Assembly: GCA_900547975.1 (NCBI GenBank)
Contig: URIX01000003.1
Span: 17,867 to 81,866, forward strand
DNA: 64,000 bases
Direction of reading: 5' to 3'
Source of the DNA: an uncultured Eubacteriales bacterium
GTDB taxonomy: Bacteria > Bacillota > Clostridia > Christensenellales > CAG-917
Below are positions 51,146-62,856 of this stretch, in pieces. A program made the position numbers and the translations under genes. The stretch's first letter is position 1, and every line of letters begins with the position of its first letter. The notes beneath the pieces were generated by a model. The model searched no databases. It was not told where the DNA came from and worked only from the letters and a program-made list of their open reading frames with translations.

Positions 51146-53320
51146 TCAAATCAAACTTTGCGGATTGATTTCGACAAACACGTTGCATTTTTTCGATTTG
51201 TTTTGGTCGGCGATTTTGTATATTTCGCCGATAATATTCTCAAATTGTTTCGGCTCTATCCTCATCATCACCTGATAGCGACAAAGACCGTTCATCCGCG
51301 TGACGGGCGATTTGCTTGCTCCCAAGTACACGAATTTTCCGCTTTGTGACTGCAGATTTTGAACGGATTTATACACGTTTCTCGCCGCGTCCACGACGTC
51401 TTGCTCGTTGACTGACGACAAAAGCACACGAACAACTTTCGTAAAAGGCGGAAATTTCGTAACCATTCTCGTGTTGATTTCCTTTTTCCAGAAGCCTATG
51501 TAGTCGTACGTTCTGCCGAAGCGGAAAACGTAATGTTTCGGCGCATAGGTTTGAAGAATGACTCTGCCTTCTTTTTCCGCCCTGCCCGCTCTGCCCGCAA
51601 CTTGCGTTATGAGTTGGAAGGTGCGCTCGCTCGAGCGATAATCACTAAAATACAGCGCGGCGTCCGCTTCGAGAATACCCACGAGCGTGACGTTGCCGAA
51701 GTCGTGACCTTTTGCAATCATTTGCGTGCCGACGAGCACGTCCGCTTCCTTGTTGCCGAACGCGGAAAGAATCTTGAAATAACTGTCCTTTCTCACTGTC
51801 GTGTCGTTGTCCATGCGCAAGACTCTGACGTTCGGAATGAGATTTTTCAGTTCTTCCACAACCTTTTCCGTGCCGATTCTGCCTTGTTTTATCTCGTGAC
51901 TGCCGCAGTTGGGACACTTGGTCAAAGCGTGGTATCTGCGCCCGCAATAGTGACATTTGAGTTCGTTGTCTTCTTTGTGGTAGGTCAGCGAAATGTCGCA
52001 ATCCTCGCACTTTGCGATATATCCGCATTCCTTACAGCGGATAAACGAAGCAAAGCCTCTGCGATTGAGAAAAAGCATAGCCTGCTCGCCTTTTTCGACT
52101 GTTTCTTTAAGTGCGTCTTGCAAAGCAAGAGAAAACAGACTGCGATTGCCTTGTCTGAACTCTGCCGTCATATCCACGATTTCCATTTCGGGAAGTTTGT
52201 GTTTGGATATTCTTTCGGGCAGCGATACGAGACCGTACACGCCCTCGGTTGCTTTCAGATAGGTTTCCATATCGGGCGTAGCCGAACCGAGAATAAGCAC
52301 GCAATCGTTTGCTTTTGCGCGGTATTCCGCAATAGTTTTCGTGTCGTAGCGCGGATTGGATTCTGACAAATAACTCGTGTCGTGTTCCTCGTCGATAATG
52401 ATTGCGCCTATGTTTTCGAGCGGTGCGAAGATTGCCGACCTTGCGCCTATTGCGATGTGCGCTTTTCCGGTTTTTAGCCTTTTCCACTCGTCGTAGCGTT
52501 CGCTTGCGTTAAGTCCGCTGTGAAGTATCGCAACGTCGTCGCCGAATCTTGCGCGGAACAGACCGAGCATTTGCGGCGTAAGCGAGATTTCGGGAACAAG
52601 CATAATCGCGGTTTTGCCCTTTTCGATCATACGCTCTATCACGCACTCGTACACTTCGGTTTTTCCGCTTCCCGTAACGCCGTGCAAAAGATACGTTCCT
52701 TTTGCGCCGCAAAGCGTTTCCACCGCGCTCGCTTGTTTATCCGTAAGCACGACGTGCTTTTTCTCTCTTTGCAGAGTTTTTAGCGGCGTTGAACGCTCGT
52801 GTACGTCGCTTTCGCCGACGACGCCTTTCTCACGCAATCCGTTTATTGCGCTCACGCCGAATTTAGCGTTCAAAAAACTCAAAAACTGTCCGCCGTTAGA
52901 GGCAATATAGTCGAGAGCCTCTTGTTGCTTTTCCGCCCTTTTTCCGACGACTTCTTTGAGCTCGGCAAGCGTTCTCGAATCGTCGGCGGTGAGAAATTTC
53001 CTCGTATACTCGGGGTCTTTTTCCTCGCGAAGTTGCTGAGGAACAAACAAGCGCAAAACATCGATGTAGCGCAGATTGTACGTCTTGCGCATAAAGTTCA
53101 TAAGTCCCAACTGTTCGGGACTTATGGGCGAATCGAGATATTGCGCTTTTTTGAGGTCTTGAAATTCCGACTTATCCTTTTTGCCGATGACAAAGCCGAT
53201 AAGCCTCTTTTTCCCGAATTCGACAACCACTCTGCTGCCTATCGGCACGTCGTCGCCGATATAATCGAAAGTCCTGTCCACGTCACTATTGGAGATGTTG
53301 ACGATGACTTCCAGAATCAT
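51146..53320 (-). CDS. priA: Primosomal helicase PriA
   Basis: GVTGSGKTEVY, DEEHD, Cys4 zinc-binding region CKECGYIAKCEDC...CHYCG...CPNCG. Confidence 0.95.
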   Translation of the reverse strand: MILEVIVNISNSDVDRTFDYIGDDVPIGSRVVVEFGKKRLIGFVIGKKDKSEFQDLKKAQYLDSPISPEQLGLMNFMRKTYNLRYIDVLRLFVPQQLREEKDPEYTRKFLTADDSRTLAELKEVVGKRAEKQQEALDYIASNGGQFLSFLNAKFGVSAINGLREKGVVGESDVHERSTPLKTLQREKKHVVLTDKQASAVETLCGAKGTYLLHGVTGSGKTEVYECVIERMIEKGKTAIMLVPEISLTPQMLGLFRARFGDDVAILHSGLNASERYDEWKRLKTGKAHIAIGARSAIFAPLENIGAIIIDEEHDTSYLSESNPRYDTKTIAEYRAKANDCVLILGSATPDMETYLKATEGVYGLVSLPERISKHKLPEMEIVDMTAEFRQGNRSLFSLALQDALKETVEKGEQAMLFLNRRGFASFIRCKECGYIAKCEDCDISLTYHKEDNELKCHYCGRRYHALTKCPNCGSHEIKQGRIGTEKVVEELKNLIPNVRVLRMDNDTTVRKDSYFKILSAFGNKEADVLVGTQMIAKGHDFGNVTLVGILEADAALYFSDYRSSERTFQLITQVAGRAGRAEKEGRVILQTYAPKHYVFRFGRTYDYIGFWKKEINTRMVTKFPPFTKVVRVLLSSVNEQDVVDAARNVYKSVQNLQSQSGKFVYLGASKSPVTRMNGLCRYQVMMRIEPKQFENIIGEIYKIADQNKSKKCNVFVEINPQSLI

Positions 53321-54501
53321 AGAGCAATCACCTTGTCGAGAATAACGTCGGCAAGTTCTCTCTTGCTAACTTTTCCGCTTTCAAACTCGTTGCCGTCGTT
53401 GTCGATTATCGTTGCGACGTTGGTATCTACGTCAAATCCCGCGCCATCGACTGTAACGTCGTTTGCGACCACGAGGTCGGCGTGTTTCTTTTTGAGTTTG
53501 CCTTTGGCGTTTTCAATCAGATTTTCGGTTTCGGCTGAAAATACGACGAGTTTTCTTTCGTCCTTCTTTTCGCCTAGCGTTTTTGCGATGTCGGGATTTT
53601 TGACGAGTTCGAGGGTGAGCGTGTCGCTCTTGACTTTTTGCGAAAACGCGTTTTTCACCTTGTAGTCGGCAGGCGCGGCGGCCATTATGGCAACGTCGCA
53701 AGAATCGAACTCTGCGTTGCAAGCGTCGAGCATTTCTTGCGTCGTGGTGACGTGAATTGCTTTTTCGACGCATTTGGGCACGTCAACCTTGACGTTTCCG
53801 TACACGAAAACGACGCTTCCGCCTCTGTCCGCAACCGCTTCGGCAAGTGCCTTGCCCATCTTTCCGCTCGAATGATTTGCGATAACTCGCACGCCGTCGA
53901 TTTTTTCTTCCGTACCTCCCGAGGTGATAAGCACGCGTTTATTTGCGAAATCTTGCACGGGCGTGAGATAGTCGACGATTGCCTTTACAATGTCGCAAGG
54001 CTCTGCCATACGCCCTTTTCCGACGTCGCCGCACGCCAAAAGTCCTACCGTCGAATCGCAAAAAAGTGCGCCGCGCTCACGCAAAGTATGCATATTCTTT
54101 TGCGTTGCGACGTCCTCGTACATATTGCAATTCATCGCGGGACAAATGAGTTTTTGCGCGTTCGAGGCAAGGTACGTCGTCGTGAGCATATCATCCGCAA
54201 TGCCCTCTGCAAATTTTGCGATGATGTTTGCCGTCGCGGGAGCAACCACCAAAATATCCGCTTTTTTCGCAAGGGATATATGGTTGATGTCAAATTCCTT
54301 GACAGGCTCGAAAGCGTTTGTGACGACGGCGGATTTTGCAAGCGTTTGGAAGGTCAAAGGCGTGACGAACTCGCGGGCGTTGTCTGTCATAATAACGTCC
54401 ACGTTTGCGCCCAATTTTTTAAGCCTCGACACGATTTCGCACGCTTTGTAAACGGCAATGCCGCCGCTTACGCCCAAAACCACGTTTTTTCCGTACAACA
54501 T
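53317..54501 (-). CDS. coaBC: Bifunctional phosphopantothenoylcysteine decarboxylase/synthetase
   Basis: GVSGGIAVYKA flavoprotein N-terminus; C-terminal CoaB half. ATG at 54501 (MLYGKNVV) is preferred over the tracked 54597. Confidence 0.9.
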   Translation of the reverse strand: MLYGKNVVLGVSGGIAVYKACEIVSRLKKLGANVDVIMTDNAREFVTPLTFQTLAKSAVVTNAFEPVKEFDINHISLAKKADILVVAPATANIIAKFAEGIADDMLTTTYLASNAQKLICPAMNCNMYEDVATQKNMHTLRERGALFCDSTVGLLACGDVGKGRMAEPCDIVKAIVDYLTPVQDFANKRVLITSGGTEEKIDGVRVIANHSSGKMGKALAEAVADRGGSVVFVYGNVKVDVPKCVEKAIHVTTTQEMLDACNAEFDSCDVAIMAAAPADYKVKNAFSQKVKSDTLTLELVKNPDIAKTLGEKKDERKLVVFSAETENLIENAKGKLKKKHADLVVANDVTVDGAGFDVDTNVATIIDNDGNEFESGKVSKRELADVILDKVIAL

Positions 54502-54551
54502 AATAAGCCTCGTTTCAATCGAGATTGAAAAATCGTCGTAATACTTTCCGA

Positions 54552-54746
54552 TTAGTCGCGAACGATTTTGATTTTGTCTTCGTAGATTTCCTTGCAAGCG
54601 AGCGAAATGGGTTTCAAACCGCTCTTTTCAAGGTAACTGCTTTCGGTCGTTGCGAGTTCGCGAGCGCGTTTTGCAACTGCGACGGTAAGTGCGTATCTGC
54701 ACTCTGCGTGTTTGATGAGTTTGTCGATGGGGGGATCGATCATCAT
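54552..54746 (-). CDS. rpoZ: RNA polymerase omega subunit
   Basis: 64 aa. IDKLIKHAECRYALTVAVAKRAREL. Position between gmk and coaBC. Confidence 0.85.
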   Translation of the reverse strand: MMIDPPIDKLIKHAECRYALTVAVAKRARELATTESSYLEKSGLKPISLACKEIYEDKIKIVRD

Positions 54747-54861
54747 AGTTTGTTTCCTCCGATTTGAGTATGTAAATTAGTTTTGTTTTTATGTTTTCGC
54801 CCAAAGAGCGAGGTTTTACGATGTTTGTTTTATTGCGTTTAATTGCGCAATATTGCTCTGT

Positions 54862-55434
54862 TTATTTGAGTTCCGCCCTTCTTTGTTCGAGGTAGTTTAC
54901 GATTTTGTCGGCGCAAACTTCGGCAACGTCGTTTATCACCACGAAGTCGTAGTAAGGTATACTCTTTCTTTCAAACTCTATTTCGTCAAGGCGTTTTTTC
55001 AGAGAATCCGGTGTTTCGCTGCCTCTTCCGATAAGACGTTTTTTGAGTTCTTCGAGGGACGGCGGATTGATGAATATCGTCACGCAATCGGGATACGCCT
55101 TTTTGATGTTCATCGCGCCCACGCTGTTGATGTCGAGCAGGACGTCAAAACCTTGATTGCGCTTCGTTTCCACTTCGCATCTGAGAGTGCCGTAGCAGTT
55201 TGTGAAAGTGCGGGTGTATTCCACAAATTCGTCGTTGTCGACGCGCTTTACAAACTCGTCCTCGGTGACGAAATAGTAATCCACGCCCTCTTTTTCGCCG
55301 TTTCTCGGCTTTCTCGAAGTGCAGGACACCGAAAATCTAAGATTCGGCATCTTTTGAAACATTTTCGATATAACAGTACTTTTACCCACGCCGCTGAATC
55401 CCGACACGACGATGAGCAATCCTTTGTTTTGCAT
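54862..55434 (-). CDS. gmk: Guanylate kinase
   Basis: VVSGFSGVGKST P-loop, TSRKPRNGEKEGVDYYFV. Confidence 0.93.
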   Translation of the reverse strand: MQNKGLLIVVSGFSGVGKSTVISKMFQKMPNLRFSVSCTSRKPRNGEKEGVDYYFVTEDEFVKRVDNDEFVEYTRTFTNCYGTLRCEVETKRNQGFDVLLDINSVGAMNIKKAYPDCVTIFINPPSLEELKKRLIGRGSETPDSLKKRLDEIEFERKSIPYYDFVVINDVAEVCADKIVNYLEQRRAELK

Positions 55435-55466
55435 AATCGTTTACCTTCCGGATTGAATACTCGTCG

Positions 55467-56342
55467 TCATTCGACGTTTGCGGCTTGTTCGCGCATTTTT
55501 TCTATCTCGTTCTTGATTGCAAGAACTTCCTTTGTGATTCGCATATCGTTTGCTTTCGAGCCGATTGTATTGGTTTCTCGGTTGAACTCTTGCACGAGGA
55601 AGTCCATTTTGCGCCCGACGGGCTCTTTTGCCTCGAGAAGCGAGCGCATATTCGCGATATGAGTGGAAAGCCTCGTGATTTCCTCGTCTATCGCGCAATG
55701 GTCGGCATAAAGCGCGACTTCGGTTGCGAGGCGTTGCTTGTCGATGAGCGACGGCTCAACCGCTTCGGCGATTCGAGCGTTGAGATTGGCTCTGTAATCC
55801 TCTACCACTTTCGGCGCAAACTCTTTGATACGTTCGAGGCAATCTTGGATTGCGTCGAGTTTCCTTGCAATATCGACCTTTTGCGATTGACCCTCTTTTT
55901 CGCGCATGGATTTGAGATTATCAAGAGCGAGATTTACCGCTTCGAGAGTCATTTCGCAAAGCAAATCCTCATCTTCGACCGCCTCTTGCCTCGTCACGAT
56001 GTCACCCACTCTCAAGAGGGTCGAAACCGTCACGTCGTTTTCGAGTCCCGTGCCGTCCGCAAGTTTTTTAACAGCCGCAAGATAGTTGTTTGCGAGTTCG
56101 AGATCCACCGTATACGCGCCCTCATCCGTAGACGATTGTTCGTAGGTGAGATAAAGATCGACGTGACCTCTCGATATTGCCGAAGAAACGGCTTTTTTTA
56201 CCTTGTCCTCGACAAACAAGAAGTTACGAGGAAGTTTGAAATTGCAATCCAAAAACCTGTGATTTACGGTTTTAATTTCAATGGTTATGGTCTTGCCGTC
56301 ACGTTTTGAAACGCCTTTGCCATATCCTGTCATACTGTGCAT
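55467..56342 (-). CDS. yicC: YicC/YloC-family stress-induced endoribonuclease-like protein
   Basis: SMTGYGKG N-terminus and C-terminal EIEKMREQAANVE. Synteny with gmk. Confidence 0.85.
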   Translation of the reverse strand: MHSMTGYGKGVSKRDGKTITIEIKTVNHRFLDCNFKLPRNFLFVEDKVKKAVSSAISRGHVDLYLTYEQSSTDEGAYTVDLELANNYLAAVKKLADGTGLENDVTVSTLLRVGDIVTRQEAVEDEDLLCEMTLEAVNLALDNLKSMREKEGQSQKVDIARKLDAIQDCLERIKEFAPKVVEDYRANLNARIAEAVEPSLIDKQRLATEVALYADHCAIDEEITRLSTHIANMRSLLEAKEPVGRKMDFLVQEFNRETNTIGSKANDMRITKEVLAIKNEIEKMREQAANVE

Positions 56343-56420
56343 ATACGCGCATCCGCCTAATAATTTTTTGTTATTATATCATAAAGATTATACAAACACA
56401 ACAAATTGCGCCAACAATAT

Positions 56421-56450
56421 GATAAAAATAAAAAGGCTATTCAGCCTTTT
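56421..56450 (-). terminator. Rho-independent terminator after ligA
   Basis: aaaaggct-attc-agcctttt (56431-56450). On the minus strand it is followed by tatttttatc. Confidence 0.7.
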
Positions 56451-56499
56451 TAAGTGGAAAAAACAATATTTTTCGAGTTTTATTCGAATTTAGGTTTAA

Positions 56500-58452
<1,953 letters not shown>

Positions 58453-58637
58453 CTATTTGTTGCCTCGATTTTGAAAGGCATACCCATTCAAACTTAACTT
58501 ATAATCCGCTTATTGTCAATATAGCAATTTCTGTTATGCGGATTTTTGAGCATCTAACCGCATTGATTTATATTTTGCTTTTACAAATTCGCACTTGTTA
58601 CGACAGTCGTAAGTTGCGATTTCAAGCCGATTTTTTA

Positions 58638-60875
58638 TCAATCGTTGTCGTTTTTGCCGATGACTTTAAGGTTTGCCGCCGCGATAGCAAGCGAGAATCT
58701 CTTTACGCCTAATCCCTTAAAAGCGATTGCCGCAATCTTGTCTTCGCCGTCTCCGCTCGTTTGGATTATAATACCGCGCCCGAACTTGTTGTGCTCGACG
58801 ATAGTATCCTTTTTGAATTGCGAATAGTCCACGTTCGAGGCTTTTTTCGGCGTTTCGAGAGTGGATTTCGAAAATCCGTTCGACAAATTCTTTTTGAACG
58901 CCGACGTTTGCGGATTGTTTGCGCCGAGTTTTATGCGGTCTTTTGTATCGAACGTAGGCGACGTGTAATTTGAATTTGCGTAACGCATAGAGGATTTGAA
59001 TCCGCTCATTTCGCCAATGAAACGGCTCTTTGGCAAATATTCCATACGTCCGAAACGATAGCGTTGACGAGCATTTAGCACAAACAATTTCTTTCTCGCG
59101 CGCGTTATTGCGACGTACATAAGTCGTCTTTCTTCTTCGACGTCACCGGCGGTAATCGCTCTTTGCGTGGGGAAAATGCCGTCTTCGAGCGCAACGAGGA
59201 ATACGTCGTCGAATTCGAGCCCTTTCACCGCGTGTATTGTGGCAATCGTAACGTAATCGTCGTTGTTCATTTCGTCGGTGTCCGAAACAAGCGCAACCGA
59301 TTGCATAAAGTCGGATATGCTCGCGCCATCGTTGTCCTGCTCGAATTGTTGAACTGCCGACACGAGTTCTTCGATATTTTCCAGACGGTTTGCGTCGTCG
59401 GGGTCTTGACTTTGGGAAAGCGCGGCTTCGAGTCCGCTTCGGCGAATAACGTATTGCACGAATTCAACCGCCTGCATTTGCTTTGAAAACTGCACCAAAT
59501 CCGTCGCTATTTGCGTAAACGGCGCAAGTTTTTTTGCGGTCGTAGGCGTGAGCCATTCGGGATTTAGAAGCACCGAAAACATAGTCGTAGACTTTGCTTT
59601 TGCAACCTCTTGCAACTCCACGACCGCCGTGTTGCCTATACCGCGCTTCGGATAGTTCACCACGCGCAGAATACTGTCGTTGTCGCTTGGATTTATGGCA
59701 AGTCGAACGTATGCGAGCGCATCCTTGATTTCCTTGCGTTCGTAGAATCTGAAACCGCCGAAAACCTTGTACGGTATTCCGTGCAAATTAAATTCTTCTT
59801 CAAACTGACGAGTCACCGAGTTTGCACGCACCAAAACCGCCATATCCTTATAATTTTCTCCGTTTCTGTGCAGCGTATTTATGGTTCGAGCGACGTTCGT
59901 CGCCTCGTCACGGTCGTTGTACGCCTCGTAATATTCGATTGAATCGTCGCCTTTAATTTCACTCCAAAGGGTTTTTTCGTTACGGTTAGAGTTGTTCTTT
60001 ATGACGTTGTTCGCCGCTTGCAAAATAGACGTCGTACTGCGATAGTTCTGCTCGAGTTTGTAGACCTTTGCGCTCGGAAAATCCTTTGAAAAGTCGAGAA
60101 TATTCTTGATTTCCGCGCCGCGCCAACTGTATATCGACTGGTCCTCGTCGCCCACGACGAACAAGTTGCCGTTGAGTTTCGATAGCATTTTTACGATGTC
60201 GTATTGCAGTTTGTTGGTGTCTTGAAACTCGTCTACGCAGATGTATTTGAATCGTCTTTGATATTTTTCCAAAACGTCCGGACACTCCTTAAAAAGTTGC
60301 ACGGTTTTGAGAAGCAAATCGTCGAAATCCATACAGTTACAGTTTTTGAGTTCCTGCTCGTATCTCGAATAAATTTGGAAGATATTGTAAGCGTCGTTAT
60401 CGTCGTTTTTTATCGCGTCGTAATAAACTTCGGGCGACATATCGAGTGTTTTTGCGCGCGAGATATGCCACAGATAATCCCCCTTGTTTTTCGGGTCTGC
60501 CTGCGGATAATCCTGCAAAACGCGCTTTACGACTCTCTCGCTTTCGAGGTCGGTGTAAATGGTAAAATCTTTGGAATATCCTATTCTATCCGCGTCGAAT
60601 CGCAAAATACGCGCGCACATCGAGTGGAATGTGCTCGTCCACACACTCTGCGAGCCGAGATATTTTTCGATACGCTCTTTCATTTCGTTTGCGGCTTTGT
60701 TGGTAAAGGTGATCGCCAAAATATTGTACGGATCGACGCCGTTTTCGATGAGATGGCACACTCTTGCCGTAAGCACGCGAGTTTTTCCGCTTCCCGCGCC
60801 TGCGATAACCAAAACCGCGCCTTCGGTGTCGTTGACGGCGGCTAATTGTTGTGGATTGAGATTAAAGTTGTTCAT
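58638..60875 (-). CDS. pcrA: ATP-dependent DNA helicase PcrA (UvrD family)
   Basis: AGAGSGKTRVLT, VDEFQDTN, TIHAVKGLEFD, YVAITRA. Confidence 0.95.
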   Translation of the reverse strand: MNNFNLNPQQLAAVNDTEGAVLVIAGAGSGKTRVLTARVCHLIENGVDPYNILAITFTNKAANEMKERIEKYLGSQSVWTSTFHSMCARILRFDADRIGYSKDFTIYTDLESERVVKRVLQDYPQADPKNKGDYLWHISRAKTLDMSPEVYYDAIKNDDNDAYNIFQIYSRYEQELKNCNCMDFDDLLLKTVQLFKECPDVLEKYQRRFKYICVDEFQDTNKLQYDIVKMLSKLNGNLFVVGDEDQSIYSWRGAEIKNILDFSKDFPSAKVYKLEQNYRSTTSILQAANNVIKNNSNRNEKTLWSEIKGDDSIEYYEAYNDRDEATNVARTINTLHRNGENYKDMAVLVRANSVTRQFEEEFNLHGIPYKVFGGFRFYERKEIKDALAYVRLAINPSDNDSILRVVNYPKRGIGNTAVVELQEVAKAKSTTMFSVLLNPEWLTPTTAKKLAPFTQIATDLVQFSKQMQAVEFVQYVIRRSGLEAALSQSQDPDDANRLENIEELVSAVQQFEQDNDGASISDFMQSVALVSDTDEMNNDDYVTIATIHAVKGLEFDDVFLVALEDGIFPTQRAITAGDVEEERRLMYVAITRARKKLFVLNARQRYRFGRMEYLPKSRFIGEMSGFKSSMRYANSNYTSPTFDTKDRIKLGANNPQTSAFKKNLSNGFSKSTLETPKKASNVDYSQFKKDTIVEHNKFGRGIIIQTSGDGEDKIAAIAFKGLGVKRFSLAIAAANLKVIGKNDND

Positions 60876-61106
60876 AACGAGCGCCTTTTTGCGACTTTTT
60901 TTGCCGCATTTTAACTACAAACACTATACCACATATTGTGGCGTTTATCAATTTTTTCAAGAAAATAGCACAAAAATCCACGAAAAAAATTGTCCGTTTA
61001 TATTGATTTACTAAATCAAATATGATATTCTATTCATAACTTGGATTATAGAGGGATTTTTTTATACGAAAATTCTTCTGTTTTCCGCGCGGAGGAATTT
61101 ATTTTT

Positions 61107-62762
61107 ATGGTAAATTTTGATGAAATCGAGTTTCTTGAAAGCGAAATAGTTGACGACGACCCCACCGCCCCCGTCGGTACTTTGGTGCATATAACCGAAG
61201 ACGACAAAGTCGAACCCGTCGAGCAAAAACAAGCCGTTCAAGTCGTCGAATCCGACGTTCGGAACGAAACTCGCCAAGGCGAAGCAAAAGAAGTCGTCGA
61301 AGTCGGCAATTCAGATAACGAACAAAAGGAACTAGCGCAAACCGTAACGACGGACGTTCAAGACGAACCGCAAGCCGAACAAACCGCTCAGTCCGAAGAA
61401 ACGGTCACCGAAACTTATCAACCCGAAGCGGTCGAGCAAGCGGAAGAAGTAGAAGATACAACCGATGTTTCAACCGAGGAAACCTTGCAAGTCGCAGACG
61501 AATCGACAGAAACCGTCGAAACGGAATCCGTAAACGAAGTCGCAGACGAAACGGCGGTAGAAACGACCGAAGAACCGCAAGAAGTCACGCCGCAAGCCGA
61601 AATTACAGAAGAGGCGCAAAACATCGAAGATTCTTCCGAAGAAACCGCACCCGTTGAAGATAAGACTGCGGTAGAGAACGCAGTCGTAGAAGAATCCGCG
61701 CAAGAAAGCCAAAACGTCGAAGCGGCGCAAGACGAACAACCCGAAGAACAAAAAACCGTTCAAAAGGCAAAAAAACCGAGAAAACCCGCGCAAAAGAAAG
61801 AAGCCGCTCCCGTCGTCGTCAACGACGAGGAACACAAGACTTCCCTCAACCTCAAAAACGGCAAGTCCGTAAACGACGAATTGTTCGGAACGAGTTTCGA
61901 GATGGAACAACCCGCAAAGGCAAAAATCGTATCCACCAAGAAGAAACAAGAAAAGGCGGAAGATTTGTGGGCGGTTGCAGCCGTTGCAAACCCCAAGAAG
62001 GAAACCGCACCCGTAAAGGAAGAAGCGAAAGTCGAAGCGAAACCTGTCAAAACGGCTGCAAAGAAAGCGACGACAAAGACCGCAGAATCCGCGCCAAAAG
62101 CAGAAAACGAGGACGTCAAACCCGCGCCCAAGAAAACCGCTTCCAAAAAGTCAACAAAAGTTGAGAATATAAACACGTCTACGGAGGAAAAGAAAGTGGC
62201 AAAGACTACGAAAGAAGTCGCAACGGAAGAAAAACCCGTGAAAGCGAGCAAGGCAACAAAAGAAGTACCCGTAAAGGAAGCACCGGTAAAAGAAGAAGAA
62301 AAGGCTCACAAAGCGGAAACCAAAACCGTAAAAGACGATGAAACCGTCATCGTCGAAGGCGAAGGCAAAACTCACGGCAAGTACGTCATCAAAAAGACGG
62401 ACAAAGGCAACTTCGTTTTCAAACTCTATTCCTCGAATTACAGAGTCGTGGCAATCGGCGCACAAGCCTACACCACTCTCGGTGCGGCAAAAATCGGTAT
62501 TCAAAGCATAATCAACAACGCAGAGAAAGCACCGGTCGAAAATCAAACCTTGAAGAACTACGAAGTGGAAAAATTCCCCAAATGGGAAATTTATCAAGAT
62601 AAGAAAGGCGAATATCGTCTTCGCTTGTTTGCAACCAACGGCAACCTTATCGCCACCACCAACGACGGTTACGCCGACATCACGGGCGCAAAGAACGGAA
62701 TTGCGGCAGTTGCAAGAGCAAACAAAGGCTGCGCAATCGTAAGAAACGACAACCTCTGGTAA
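61107..62762 (+). CDS. Long disordered acidic/Lys-rich protein ending in a tandem YegP (DUF1508) domain
   Basis: GGAGGA RBS before ATG 61107. About 430 aa of E/Q/T/V- then K/A/E/P-rich low complexity. It ends with two YegP-like units: GKYVIKKTDKGNFVFKLYSSNYRVVAIGAQAYTTLGAAKIGIQSI and WEIYQDKKGEYRLRLFATNGNLIATTNDGYADITGAKNGIAAV. Confidence 0.75.
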   Translation: MVNFDEIEFLESEIVDDDPTAPVGTLVHITEDDKVEPVEQKQAVQVVESDVRNETRQGEAKEVVEVGNSDNEQKELAQTVTTDVQDEPQAEQTAQSEETVTETYQPEAVEQAEEVEDTTDVSTEETLQVADESTETVETESVNEVADETAVETTEEPQEVTPQAEITEEAQNIEDSSEETAPVEDKTAVENAVVEESAQESQNVEAAQDEQPEEQKTVQKAKKPRKPAQKKEAAPVVVNDEEHKTSLNLKNGKSVNDELFGTSFEMEQPAKAKIVSTKKKQEKAEDLWAVAAVANPKKETAPVKEEAKVEAKPVKTAAKKATTKTAESAPKAENEDVKPAPKKTASKKSTKVENINTSTEEKKVAKTTKEVATEEKPVKASKATKEVPVKEAPVKEEEKAHKAETKTVKDDETVIVEGEGKTHGKYVIKKTDKGNFVFKLYSSNYRVVAIGAQAYTTLGAAKIGIQSIINNAEKAPVENQTLKNYEVEKFPKWEIYQDKKGEYRLRLFATNGNLIATTNDGYADITGAKNGIAAVARANKGCAIVRNDNLW

Positions 62763-62780
62763 TAAAATCTGAATAATCAA

Positions 62781-62836
62781 AAAAGAACGCAATTTTGAAG
62801 TGGACTTACTCAACTTCGATTGCGTTCTTTTTTTAA
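62781..62836. terminator. Long bidirectional terminator hairpin between convergent genes
   Basis: aaaagaacgcaat (62781-62793) pairs with attgcgttctttt (62819-62831); A/T runs on both sides. Confidence 0.75.
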
Positions 62837-62856
62837 TCCTATTATAAAATCTTTTT

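Noticed and set aside
61418-62251. Several 68-163-aa minus-strand ORFs inside 61107-62762
   Set aside because: These are antisense artefacts of the low-complexity E/K/T/A-rich + strand gene: F/S/V/C-rich products with no start signals.
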